This document shows, one piece after another, positions 26,865-36,347 of a DNA stretch of 64,000 nt. This DNA is from Lentisphaeria bacterium (lineage in GTDB: Bacteria; Verrucomicrobiota; Lentisphaeria; Victivallales; JAADHT01). The stretch spans positions 772-64,771 of the forward strand of contig WFSE01000116.1 in assembly GCA_015486135.1 (NCBI GenBank), given 5' to 3'. Positions within the stretch are counted from its first letter, which is position 1, and every line of letters begins with the position of its first letter. The translations under genes were made by a program, and so were the position numbers. Below the pieces are notes generated by a model. That model made no database searches and was not told where the DNA came from. It saw only the letters and a program-made list of their open reading frames with translations.

Positions 26865-28648
26865 TGACCAACGAGAATAAAAACGCATTCGGTGCCGTGA
26901 ATCATTCGTGGTTGGCTCGGTGTCGCTCCGTTAAATTTTTTCTTCCTCCGTTGTTGGTTGCGCTGATAGCGGCGACGACCTATATCCATGGGGTTGGCGG
27001 GGGGTTTGTGTTCGACGACATGCCGTTGGTAGAGACGGATCCGTTTTATCAGTCGTCCGATACCACGATTTTGGACTGTTGGAAGCGTTGCTATTGGCGA
27101 AAGGGGATGGCGATAGGGCAGCATAGGCCTTTGACGCTACTATCGTTTCTTTTAAACGCCAGGCTGACCGGGGTTTACTCTCCGGGATTTCGTTTTGTAA
27201 ACCTCCTTTTGCACATTTGTGTCTCGATATTGGTGTGGAGGTTGTTCGCGGTTTTGGGGGCTGGGCGTCTCGCCGCGTTTTTCGCGGCCGCGCTTTTCGC
27301 GGTGCATCCCTTGCATGTGGAGGCTGTTACGCCCACATCTGGTCGCGCGGAGTTGCTCTGCGCCTTTTTTGTTTTGCTCGGGTTGCTGTCGTATATCGCA
27401 CATTGCCGGCCCACGGGAAGTGGAATCGACTCTGGCGCTCTTTTTGCGCGAGGCGCTCTGCTGCCGGGGGTGTTTCTTCTTTTTGCATGCTGGTCTAAGG
27501 AGAATGGGGCGGTGTTGTTGCCGTTGTGCGCGCTTTACGATTTCGTTTTAGGGGGGGCGTGGTTGGGGCTGTTCCGGAACAATCCGACGCAATGGGCCAA
27601 AGGGGTTATCCTGAGGTATTGGGCGCTGGCGGCGGCGTTACTCGTGGCTGCGTTAAGCCGGGTATATGGAATTGGGGCGTTGACTCCCAAGGTTGGGAGA
27701 GCGTCTTTCGTTGACAATCCCCTGATAAATGCCTCTTTTTGGGATCGGCAGATTTCCGCGTTCAGCATGCAGGGGTTGGCTTTGTGTAAATTTTTCTGGC
27801 CTGAAACGTTGTCGCACGACTATTCCTACGCCCAACTGGATATTGTGAGGTCTCTTGCCGATTCACGATTTCTGGTCGCCATAGGGGGCTTGGTGTTGTT
27901 GCCTCCATTTATCTTTCTTGTTTGCGGGAAGCGTTCCAGGCGGCTTGGTTTTTTCTTGTATTTATCCTATATCGTCTGTGTGATTCCCGCTGGAAATTTT
28001 ATCATACCTACCGGGACGATATTCGGGGAGCGGCTTTTTTATCTTCCTTCGGTGTTTTTGTGTTTGGGGGTTGTTATGGCGGTGGTTGGGGCATGCCGAA
28101 TCGCAGTCGCTAAAACGCTTCCGCTGGGGCGGCGACGGCGAACGGCGCGGATGGTCGCCGCCGCGTTACTATCGCTTATGGTTGGGCTGTGCTCTATCCG
28201 CGCCGCGGTGCGAGTTCTGGACTGGAAAGATGCCGACACAATGACCATCAAAGGCGTGGAAACCGCCCGTTACAGCGTTAAAACCTGGAACAATTTGGCG
28301 GTAATGTTCGCGCATCAAAATCGCCTTGTTCATGCTATTGCCGCATGCGACGAGGCTCTCTCCATATATCCCAAATACGTTACCGCTATGAAAAACAAGG
28401 CGTACTATCTTATTGCCTTGAAGCGTTATCGTGAAGCGGAGCGTCAACTCAGGGCGGTGATACTGCTGGATTCGCGCGACCCGGAGATATACAACAAGCT
28501 TGGAGGGCTTCTAGCGAGGGCTGGAAAATTAGAGGAGGCTAAGGGGATGCTCGAGCGATCCTTGTCGCTTGACCCTGAGCAGAAAATAACACGCGACGCA
28601 CTTGCCGCTGTGAACGAGGACATGCGGACCAAACGTCTGATAAAATAG
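26864..28648 (+). CDS. TMTC-like GT-C membrane glycosyltransferase with C-terminal TPR repeats
   Basis: About 10 TM helices and FVFDDMPLVETDP near the N-terminus. C-terminal TPR-like repeats (AIAACDEALSIYPKYVTAMKNKAYYLIALKRYREAE). TGATG overlap with the upstream gene. Confidence 0.6.
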   Translation: MTNENKNAFGAVNHSWLARCRSVKFFLPPLLVALIAATTYIHGVGGGFVFDDMPLVETDPFYQSSDTTILDCWKRCYWRKGMAIGQHRPLTLLSFLLNARLTGVYSPGFRFVNLLLHICVSILVWRLFAVLGAGRLAAFFAAALFAVHPLHVEAVTPTSGRAELLCAFFVLLGLLSYIAHCRPTGSGIDSGALFARGALLPGVFLLFACWSKENGAVLLPLCALYDFVLGGAWLGLFRNNPTQWAKGVILRYWALAAALLVAALSRVYGIGALTPKVGRASFVDNPLINASFWDRQISAFSMQGLALCKFFWPETLSHDYSYAQLDIVRSLADSRFLVAIGGLVLLPPFIFLVCGKRSRRLGFFLYLSYIVCVIPAGNFIIPTGTIFGERLFYLPSVFLCLGVVMAVVGACRIAVAKTLPLGRRRRTARMVAAALLSLMVGLCSIRAAVRVLDWKDADTMTIKGVETARYSVKTWNNLAVMFAHQNRLVHAIAACDEALSIYPKYVTAMKNKAYYLIALKRYREAERQLRAVILLDSRDPEIYNKLGGLLARAGKLEEAKGMLERSLSLDPEQKITRDALAAVNEDMRTKRLIK

Positions 28649-28824
28649 TGGAACACGGAAACGGTACGACAAGGTGGTTCGCAGAAAAATTCCTCCCTTG
28701 GGCATCTTTCAAGCGATTTGAATCCCAATATGCGCCATGTACATTCCGTTTGCGCGATTTTCGCGGGTTGGGATTATGTCATCCTTAGGTGGGCGAATAT
28801 TCGACAAGCCTTAACGAGGAATGT

Positions 28825-29760
28825 ATGGGAGTTTTCAACAAGCCATTCGTGAAAGCCGTCGGCGGAAGCGTATCCTCCACGCCGTCAAACTCGGATAAAA
28901 CCATTACTGTCTACGACAAGGATGGCGGGGCGCTATCCGTATCCTTGGACCAATGGAAAGACAAAGTCCTTCCGGCCACCATACAGAAATTCCAAGAAGA
29001 TGCCAACGGATTGTATCAATTGGTAGTGCAATCGCTTAAAGACGGATTTATAGACGAAATTGCGGAAGCCTCGGAACGGTTGTTTGAGATAGATTCCCAG
29101 TCGCCACGATCGGCCGTTGTTCTTGGAATTGTATACATGAAGGCCAATAAGTTGGATGATGCCGAGCGTGTGCTTGAGAAATGCATTGAAAAGCACGGGG
29201 AGAATGGTGCCGTGCTAACAAACTTGGCGAAAATCCACAAAGTGCGAGGTGACGACGAGTTGGCGGAGGAAACATTGTGGCGCGCGTTGGAAATCGATCC
29301 AAACCTCAGCAATGGACTTTTATGGTATGCGGCGATTCACAGGGAACGCGATGGTATGGATGGCTGGCTCGACGCTATGAGTCGCATGGCGGCCAGATCT
29401 GGAAGTTGGCGCGCGCAATTGTGGCTGGCGCAGGCGGAATTGACTTCGAAGAACATTGAGAACGCTATTGCGTGGTACGAAAAGAGCTTTGCCAACGCTC
29501 CCTCTCCAGTGCCGTCCGACATGCTTGTTCAAATATGCGGCGACTTGGGGGGCAACGGGTATTTCAAGGAGATAATCCGCATAGTTGAACCTAAATTTGA
29601 CCCCTTTAAGCATGGTATTACCATTGGGAGTCAGCTAGCGCGGGCGTATATCGCCTTGAAAGACATCGACAATGCCAGGCGTATTGTTAAGATGCTTGAC
29701 GCACTGGGCCGCCCGGACTGGAAAAAGCACTTGGACGCACTGAGAACGCTAATTGTTTGA
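28825..29760 (+). CDS. TPR repeat protein
   Basis: GIVYMKANKLDDAERVLEKCIE and WRALEIDPNLSNGLLWYA are TPR-like. Confidence 0.55.
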   Translation: MGVFNKPFVKAVGGSVSSTPSNSDKTITVYDKDGGALSVSLDQWKDKVLPATIQKFQEDANGLYQLVVQSLKDGFIDEIAEASERLFEIDSQSPRSAVVLGIVYMKANKLDDAERVLEKCIEKHGENGAVLTNLAKIHKVRGDDELAEETLWRALEIDPNLSNGLLWYAAIHRERDGMDGWLDAMSRMAARSGSWRAQLWLAQAELTSKNIENAIAWYEKSFANAPSPVPSDMLVQICGDLGGNGYFKEIIRIVEPKFDPFKHGITIGSQLARAYIALKDIDNARRIVKMLDALGRPDWKKHLDALRTLIV

Positions 29761-29781
29761 AAATAGACATGGCTCTCTTCG

Positions 29782-29853
29782 CCCAAGCTCCTTGGAGTCG
29801 TTTATAATTCGCATCTCAAGTTGAGATACTTGACAATTATTCGGGAAGCCCTA
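29782..29853 (+). repeat. degenerate right-end fragment of family-A element
   Basis: CCAAGCTCCTTGGAGTCG core and ACTTGACAATTATTCGGGAAGCCCTA, compared with the canonical CTTGCCAATTATTCAGTGAGCCCTA. Confidence 0.4.
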
Positions 29854-29897
29854 GACTAGGGGGGGTGGAGAGAGCGCATTACCCTTTTCTGCTTTAT

Positions 29898-30941
29898 ATG
29901 GAAAACTTGATTCTCGCTTTATTTGCTTTGGTTCCTGTTTTGGCAGGGGCGTTGATAGTCCTATCCAGGAAAACTCTTTTTAAAAAAAAGACTACTGGTG
30001 CGTTAATTGCGGGAAATCTACTTTTCTTTCTTTGCTTCTTTTTTCTTTTTCTTTTCATAATGGAAATATATTTTCGCTTTATTTTCGACTCCACAGATTC
30101 CTTGATTTGCACAAAAACATCAAAAAAATGGTATGAGCTTCATTACAAGGCAAATCAATCCGGCTTTCGGGACAATATCGAATATCTGAAAGATATAACG
30201 CCTGGCAAGACTCGAATAACCTTTCTAGGCGATTCGTTCACCGCTGGACAGGGAATTGAGCTTAACGAACGGTTTGCCAACATTATAAGGGAGAATAAAC
30301 AAGAATGGGAAATTCACACTCTCGCCATTCCAGGATGGAATACTATCGATGAATTAAACACTATCAAGGCGGCTTTCGAGTCCAAATATAAGACAAACTG
30401 CGTAGTTCTCGTTTATTTTCCTAACGATATTTCATATTTAAACGACAAAGGGAAAAACAAAGAGCTGGAGGATAAATTCAATGATATGACATCAAAAAAT
30501 TTCTTTATATCAAACAGCTATTTCCTCGATCATGTGTATTTCATGCTGAAATACATAACGACACCGGTTGTGCGAGACTATAGCCATGATGTTATTGATT
30601 GCTACTCCGGCGCAACGTGGGAAAACCATAAAAAAGACCTTAGGACTCTGAAAAAAGTTGTACAGGAAAACCGTGCACAGCTACTTGTGGTACTATTCCC
30701 CTTTATGCAGGATATATCGGAGGTATACCATTATAGGGATATACATGATAAGCTAACGGAATTCTGGAGTTCGGAAGGCGTTCCCTGCCTCGACTTGCTG
30801 GATACGTATCTCAAGCGTCATGAAAAATCTCTGGTGGTGAACAGCTACGATGCCCATCCAAGCGCATATGCAAACAAAATAGCCGCGGATGAAATCGAAG
30901 AATTTATTTCAGCCAATCTTAAAACCAAATCTTCACACTAG
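29898..30941 (+). CDS. membrane-anchored SGNH/GDSL-family hydrolase (AT-rich orphan)
   Basis: FLGDSFTAGQG matches the block I GDS(L) motif. Two N-terminal TM helices. Clearly AT-richer than its neighbours. Confidence 0.6.
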   Translation: MENLILALFALVPVLAGALIVLSRKTLFKKKTTGALIAGNLLFFLCFFFLFLFIMEIYFRFIFDSTDSLICTKTSKKWYELHYKANQSGFRDNIEYLKDITPGKTRITFLGDSFTAGQGIELNERFANIIRENKQEWEIHTLAIPGWNTIDELNTIKAAFESKYKTNCVVLVYFPNDISYLNDKGKNKELEDKFNDMTSKNFFISNSYFLDHVYFMLKYITTPVVRDYSHDVIDCYSGATWENHKKDLRTLKKVVQENRAQLLVVLFPFMQDISEVYHYRDIHDKLTEFWSSEGVPCLDLLDTYLKRHEKSLVVNSYDAHPSAYANKIAADEIEEFISANLKTKSSH

Positions 30942-30978
30942 TGTGGAATTGGCAAGTGCCTTAAGGGGAGAGCTGATT

Positions 30979-33057
30979 TTGGTGGGAGCTTTTAGTAAAT
31001 TTGTAGTGAGCGTGGTTGCGGCGTTGGTTCTGTTGTTGTCTTCCGTTTTGACGGCGGTGAATGCCGATGGCCGTGACGACGCGCCTCCGTTACAAGTCAA
31101 CATCGTCCCGCTTGTCACCTCTCCCCGCAACCTTGCGCCGATGCCGGCGGTAGCGATATTTTCTAACAACAGCGAATCGAATATCGAGGGACGACTTCGG
31201 ATAGGAATAGCCCAACTGAATTGCGTATTGGAGATTAGAGACCTGTTCCTCCCTCCAGGGATGACGAAAAGGCGCGTATTTCTGCCGCCTGGATGCGATT
31301 CGTACATAGTATTGGACAAAGCGTTTGTGGTGCCAGGTGGCGGAGTAGTGGCATTGGGGACGCAGCCACTTCCAATGGGACGCGCGCGCTACGCGCTCAG
31401 CTTGAATGTCATGGAGATAGCTGGCTCCATAATTGATCGGGGACGCGACAATCTACTGGATGCGTTGAGACTCGAAAAGCTCGCGCCATTAACCGAGAAA
31501 CCAACCACGACATCGGGTCGGGTTACCGCCACCACGAGTGTTCAGGTGGAGAACGTGATTCCATCGCCGTTTTTCTTTATGGTGTGCGATATCGCGGTTA
31601 TCGGAGGCGACACTCTGGAGCTAATGTCGTCAGACGCGTTGGATGCGCTAGCGGTATGGATAAAAGGCGGAGGATCGGCATTGTTGGGACCGTTGAGCCC
31701 CTCCCCATCCCGGAAGGTTCTGGATTTCATCGGAGTGCTGGCCAAGACCGATCCCGCGGCGAAGGGATTTCCCGCTTTGGCGCCGGACGGAAAGGTGGAC
31801 TTTCCCAAGGACGGCGACGGCGCCAAGCGCGTTCTTTTGCGTCCGGCGTTGGGACGGGCCGCGGTTCTCGCGCCGGGACCGTCTCCAGCCGGCAATGATT
31901 TCAAATCGCTTTGGTGGCGGAAAATATCGGCGTTTCTTTGGAAGGTGCGAGCGGAATGCGCGGGCCGGGTGGTAGAGGAGGGGCGTTGGCTAGACCAGAA
32001 AACGATTGAGGATATTAAGAAAGAGCAAGACGAATACGGTGGGACGGCCGATGTTGATTTCACCAGTCTCTCCACAGGGTTGCTGTCGATTCCGGACGAG
32101 ACTGATATTTCCTATTTTCTTCCAGCCAAGTTCGTGGCGGTGCCTAAGGGCCCGCTGTTTTTCATACTAGCGCTGTTCGTTCTAGTCATCGGGCCGGGGG
32201 AGTATTTTATTCTCGGAAAACTCAAGCGGCGCAAATGGACTTGGATCACTTTTCCCTTGACATGCTTGTTGTTCACATACGCTACGCTGAAATACACCCG
32301 TTCAAAACTGAAGACCCCCGTGCATGTGGGGCGATTGGTGGTTCTGGACATGTCGGCTGAAAACGAGATCGTCAGATGCGAGACGATAAGAGTTCCGCTA
32401 GCGTCGGGCACGCATATCGAACGATGGCGCATGAAGCACACCATGGTGACTCCGGAAACTCTCGCCTCGGATTCCATTCCTCGTTGGAACCTCGGTTTTG
32501 GTGTCTCGAGCTCATCTTCGGAGGCACCTCCAGTGGAATTCCAAGGGACATTGTTCTCTAATTACGATATAGCGTTTCAAATACAACAGTGGCTGCCGCT
32601 GATGGTTTGCTCCACATCGTTCCAAGCCGAGCCGGATGACATTCCGCATTGGCAATTCCCGGAGACACCACCCAAAAACAACGAAGAGGTTAATGCGTTC
32701 AGCAATGATATCAAAGCCAACCTGCCACAAAATGCTATAGTGAGGTATGTCATGGTATTTACGAAAGATGGAGGTGTTTTGAGAAATACCGCCAGCGCAC
32801 GGTATGCCCGCTACTGTCGTGGAGAGTTCGCGCTAAAGGGACAGATAACGGACCGATTCGAAGACGAAGCGACAGGGGTATCAACGCGGTTTTCCATCTT
32901 TTCCATTGTTTCGGCGCTGTCGCCTTCCGCCTTGGATTTTCTGGGAAACGCTTTGAGGGCCGCCGATGCGACCGACCCCGACGAGACGGTCGCCGTGGTA
33001 GTCCTCTACGATAAAGCTAAACGCGAGTCGAAGATATACAGGAGGATATACAGATGA
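30979..33057 (+). CDS. large membrane protein, possible GldG-like/amidotransferase-like auxiliary component of the ABC system
   Basis: TTG/GTG start after AAGGGGAGAG. N-terminal anchor and mid-protein TM pair (GPLFFILALFVLVIGPGEYFILG, WTWITFPLTCLLF). DIAVIGGDTLELMSSDALDALAVWIKGGGSALL resembles class-I GATase-like folds seen in GldG/DUF4159-type proteins. The stop overlaps the ABC ATPase start. Confidence 0.45.
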   Translation: MVGAFSKFVVSVVAALVLLLSSVLTAVNADGRDDAPPLQVNIVPLVTSPRNLAPMPAVAIFSNNSESNIEGRLRIGIAQLNCVLEIRDLFLPPGMTKRRVFLPPGCDSYIVLDKAFVVPGGGVVALGTQPLPMGRARYALSLNVMEIAGSIIDRGRDNLLDALRLEKLAPLTEKPTTTSGRVTATTSVQVENVIPSPFFFMVCDIAVIGGDTLELMSSDALDALAVWIKGGGSALLGPLSPSPSRKVLDFIGVLAKTDPAAKGFPALAPDGKVDFPKDGDGAKRVLLRPALGRAAVLAPGPSPAGNDFKSLWWRKISAFLWKVRAECAGRVVEEGRWLDQKTIEDIKKEQDEYGGTADVDFTSLSTGLLSIPDETDISYFLPAKFVAVPKGPLFFILALFVLVIGPGEYFILGKLKRRKWTWITFPLTCLLFTYATLKYTRSKLKTPVHVGRLVVLDMSAENEIVRCETIRVPLASGTHIERWRMKHTMVTPETLASDSIPRWNLGFGVSSSSSEAPPVEFQGTLFSNYDIAFQIQQWLPLMVCSTSFQAEPDDIPHWQFPETPPKNNEEVNAFSNDIKANLPQNAIVRYVMVFTKDGGVLRNTASARYARYCRGEFALKGQITDRFEDEATGVSTRFSIFSIVSALSPSALDFLGNALRAADATDPDETVAVVVLYDKAKRESKIYRRIYR

Positions 33058-33986
33058 ACACCGTCGAGGTGGACAACCTGAAGGTTAGGTACGGGAAGGT
33101 CGAAGCGGTGAAAGGAATCTCCTTCGCTATACCCAAAGGGGAGGTTTTCGGGTTCATAGGACCTAACGGCGCGGGAAAGACCTCGACTATAAAAGTCATG
33201 GCCACGCTTATCCGGCCGCATGATGGAGATGTGGTGATCGCCGGAAAAAGCGTCAAACGCGATCCATCGGCGGTGAGATGCCACATTGGGTATCTTCCCG
33301 ATTTCTTCGGGGTGTACGAGGATTTAAATGTTTTGGAGTATCTAAACTTTTTCGCCGCCGCATACGAGGTTCCGCGCGACATCCGCGCCAAGTCGGTGGG
33401 CGGCGTGTTGGAACTGACCGATCTCTCGGATAAGAAAGAGGCCCGGGTGGACGACCTTTCCCGGGGGATGAAGCAAAGGCTGGCGCTGGCGAGGTTGCTG
33501 CTACACGATCCGGAAGTGCTGCTTCTGGACGAGCCGGCCAGCGGATTGGACCCAAGAGCCCGAATAGAAATGCGGGAGCTCCTGAAAGAACTGCAAGGGA
33601 TGGGTAAAACCATTCTCATATCCAGCCATATCCTTTCGGAGTTGGCGGAACTGTGCACTCGAATAGGAATCATCGAGAGCGGAAAGATGGTCGCCGAGGG
33701 GTCGTTGAAGGAGATTTACGCGCGGTTGGAGATGAGAAAAGTCGTCCATGTCCAAATTACGAACGCCACACCGGAGATGATCCGCAAAATCGGAATGCTA
33801 CGAGGTGTCTCCGAGGTGGAGGAGGATGTGGACAGAATCGCAGTGCGTCTCGACGAGAGCGTCGCGTCGGTCGAGGACCTCCACGCCGCGATCCATAGTT
33901 TCGGGGCGAAAATACGGATGTTCCAGCCGATAGCCATGGATATGGAGTCGGTGTTCATGAAACTAACCACGGGGCAAGTGTCGTGA
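33054..33986 (+). CDS. ABC transporter ATP-binding protein
   Basis: Walker A GPNGAGKTS, signature LSRGMKQRL, Walker B LLLLDEP. Confidence 0.9.
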   Translation: MNTVEVDNLKVRYGKVEAVKGISFAIPKGEVFGFIGPNGAGKTSTIKVMATLIRPHDGDVVIAGKSVKRDPSAVRCHIGYLPDFFGVYEDLNVLEYLNFFAAAYEVPRDIRAKSVGGVLELTDLSDKKEARVDDLSRGMKQRLALARLLLHDPEVLLLDEPASGLDPRARIEMRELLKELQGMGKTILISSHILSELAELCTRIGIIESGKMVAEGSLKEIYARLEMRKVVHVQITNATPEMIRKIGMLRGVSEVEEDVDRIAVRLDESVASVEDLHAAIHSFGAKIRMFQPIAMDMESVFMKLTTGQVS

Positions 33987-35635
33987 GAATAGTGCCTAGA
34001 ATCTCGCTTCCCCTTTTGGCGAAGGAACTCGTCGAGAAGGCGAACGCCAAACGCACCTATATCATCCGGACATTATGCGCCGTAGTCATAGCCGGGGTCT
34101 TCGCTTTCAACATGTTGAACTATGGGACGGGCAATTATCGCGGCGGGATGTCACTTTGGGCGATGGCTATGGCAGGAAAAACCCTCACGTTCACCATCTT
34201 GTCGATGATAACCGCGTTGGTGCTTCTCATCCTCCCCAGCGCGGCGGCGACATCCATAACATCGGAAAAGGAGCGCGGCACACTTGAGCTTCTCCTGTTA
34301 ACGAGGCTGGGGCCATGGAAAATAGTCCTGCAGAAATTCCTCGGCAACGTAATCCCCATGTTCATGCTGCTTTTCCTGGCCCTTCCGATGCTGGCCATCG
34401 CACACACCCTGGGTGGAGTGGATTTGGAGCATTGGAACGAGGTCACGATATGGCTGGCTGAACTGCCAGTGATGATACTTTTCGCCGCCGCTTGGGGTGT
34501 CGCGATGTCCGCGTTCTTCCGGAGCGGCGCCGCCGCGGCGGTGGCCATGTATATTTTCTGCGGAATAGCTTTTTGGATACTCATTGCTCTGGCCGACATG
34601 CCAAGGTTGGCTTGGAGGGGCCCTGGTGCGTTTGCCGATCTGACAGCGCTTGGAGTGGCGCAATTGCTTTTGGTGTTACCCGCGCTGATTTTGGCGACTG
34701 TTTTCCTCCGGCGGCGTCACACTCCCGCCAAGGGCAATCTCGCGCTTCGGATATTCCTCGCTTTGGACCGTTTCTGGAAGCATCTCAACGACAAATGGCT
34801 AGGCGGCATGGAAATAGTCGCTGGCGGCGATGTCCCGCTCCCGGAAGACGACCCGGTGGGCTGGTTCGAGAAATATAAAAAGCCTTCCGGCAGCAAAAGT
34901 CATCTTACTCGAATTATAATGTTTTTCACGATTCCGGCCGTTATCGTGGTTATAGGCGTGTTCACAATCGACCCGTACTACCAGCTAAACACAGGCAGTC
35001 GCCTCGGGCTGATGCTTCTGGCACATTTATACTTGGGAGTGGCAGCGTTAACGCTCCTCGTGAAAGGGGTGTCGATAGTTGCGGAGGAGCGGCGGAACCA
35101 GACACTGGATGTCCTACTCACAACACAAGTAAGCGCGGCGGGCTTTCTCGCCGCCAAAAAAAAATATCTTCGCCGCCTCCACGTTGCCTTGGTAATGCCT
35201 CCCCTCATATTGGTGGTGTTGGCGCTCGTTTGCCCTGGGATAAATGTATCCAAGCGGATCACCATAGCTCTCCCGACGATAGTGCTGGCGACAATACATT
35301 TGACGGTGCTGTCGGAGATATCCATATGGATTGGAGTCAAAGCGCGGAACCACCGGCGCGCCTTGATGACGGCGTTGGCAGTTGTTCTAGTTTGGATATT
35401 GGCGCCGCTGTTGATGGGAGCTCTGGTAGATGGCATATCGAGAAACACCGAACTGGCGGACACAATATCCTATATCAGTCCCCTGAGGGCCAGCGTGCGA
35501 ATGTTTTCGCGCCGAATGCCACACTTGGGATCCTTCGCCCAAATAATCACATGCGCCGTCATTCCGGCTATGGCCATATACACCTTCTGCCGAATAGACA
35601 CGTGGAGAAATGCGGAGAAACGACTGAGACAGTGA
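33983..35635 (+). CDS. ABC-2 type permease, tandem-duplicated (two permease modules in one polypeptide)
   Basis: GTG start overlapping the upstream stop. Two copies of the ABC-2 hallmark: SEKERGTLELLLLT and AEERRNQTLDVLLTT. Each is followed by several TM helices. Confidence 0.7.
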   Translation: MRIVPRISLPLLAKELVEKANAKRTYIIRTLCAVVIAGVFAFNMLNYGTGNYRGGMSLWAMAMAGKTLTFTILSMITALVLLILPSAAATSITSEKERGTLELLLLTRLGPWKIVLQKFLGNVIPMFMLLFLALPMLAIAHTLGGVDLEHWNEVTIWLAELPVMILFAAAWGVAMSAFFRSGAAAAVAMYIFCGIAFWILIALADMPRLAWRGPGAFADLTALGVAQLLLVLPALILATVFLRRRHTPAKGNLALRIFLALDRFWKHLNDKWLGGMEIVAGGDVPLPEDDPVGWFEKYKKPSGSKSHLTRIIMFFTIPAVIVVIGVFTIDPYYQLNTGSRLGLMLLAHLYLGVAALTLLVKGVSIVAEERRNQTLDVLLTTQVSAAGFLAAKKKYLRRLHVALVMPPLILVVLALVCPGINVSKRITIALPTIVLATIHLTVLSEISIWIGVKARNHRRALMTALAVVLVWILAPLLMGALVDGISRNTELADTISYISPLRASVRMFSRRMPHLGSFAQIITCAVIPAMAIYTFCRIDTWRNAEKRLRQ

Positions 35636-35643
35636 GCCGCCTA

Positions 35644-36123
35644 TCAGGATATACCCAAGATTCTCCGGGCTACTGTTTCGAGGTTGGCGTCGACATCGGG
35701 AAGGAGGTCGGACAAGCTGTCCAGGGCGGATGCGTGTTTGGTGTCAAAGCCTTTAGTTGTCCGGATAGCGTTTATCAGCCCTGGAAGGTTTGTGATTGAC
35801 GGGGCGCCCGGCCCATCGTCGAACGCGGCCTCGGCTATCCACAAATCCAATTTGTCGAGCGTTTCGGTATATTCCTCAAGAAAACCCGCGAACATTGCGG
35901 CGTTCTTCGACAGGCATCCCAGCCCGGACAGGTCGTGCAATAGCAAGCCGTAAAGGGGGAAATTCAACAGGGCGTTGAGTCGATTCTCCTCGACGCATTC
36001 GATGAGGGCGCTCAAGCGATCCATCATCGCGCGCAGGTCCACTCCGTCTGCGTCCATTTCCAGTTCGCTGGCGATATTCGGCAACGAGTCTATGTCAAAT
36101 TCTCTTGGGATCTTCATGTCCAT
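35644..36123 (-). CDS. hypothetical acidic cytoplasmic protein
   Basis: Start moved to MDMKIP (ATG 36121-36123, GGGAGG RBS), because the longer N-terminus is encoded by a repeat fragment. Confidence 0.4.
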   Translation of the reverse strand: MDMKIPREFDIDSLPNIASELEMDADGVDLRAMMDRLSALIECVEENRLNALLNFPLYGLLLHDLSGLGCLSKNAAMFAGFLEEYTETLDKLDLWIAEAAFDDGPGAPSITNLPGLINAIRTTKGFDTKHASALDSLSDLLPDVDANLETVARRILGIS

Positions 36124-36160
36124 GTCCCGAGCCTCCCGTGATAATTCAATGTACACCAAA

Positions 36161-36345
36161 GCCTGCTGAATAATTGGCAAGCGATTGATTACTATTGGGT
36201 TGAATTACATTTTACCTGTGGCATCTCCAAAGTTTTAGGAGTAATCCACCCAAAGCTCCTGGGGCCGACTAATCTTTTCCGCTCAGTTTGTTGCATTTGC
36301 CAATTCCGCGAGAACCGCGAACGTATCGCTGATCTCGTTTTACTT
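36161..36345 (-). repeat. truncated family-A element
   Basis: GCCTGCTGAATAATTGGCAAGCG end, ATCTCCAAAG...CTCCTGGGG core, and TTGCCAATTCCGCGAGAACCGCGAACGTATCGCTGATCTCG. Stops 2 nt before the fucosidase stop codon. Confidence 0.55.
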
Positions 36346-36347
36346 TG

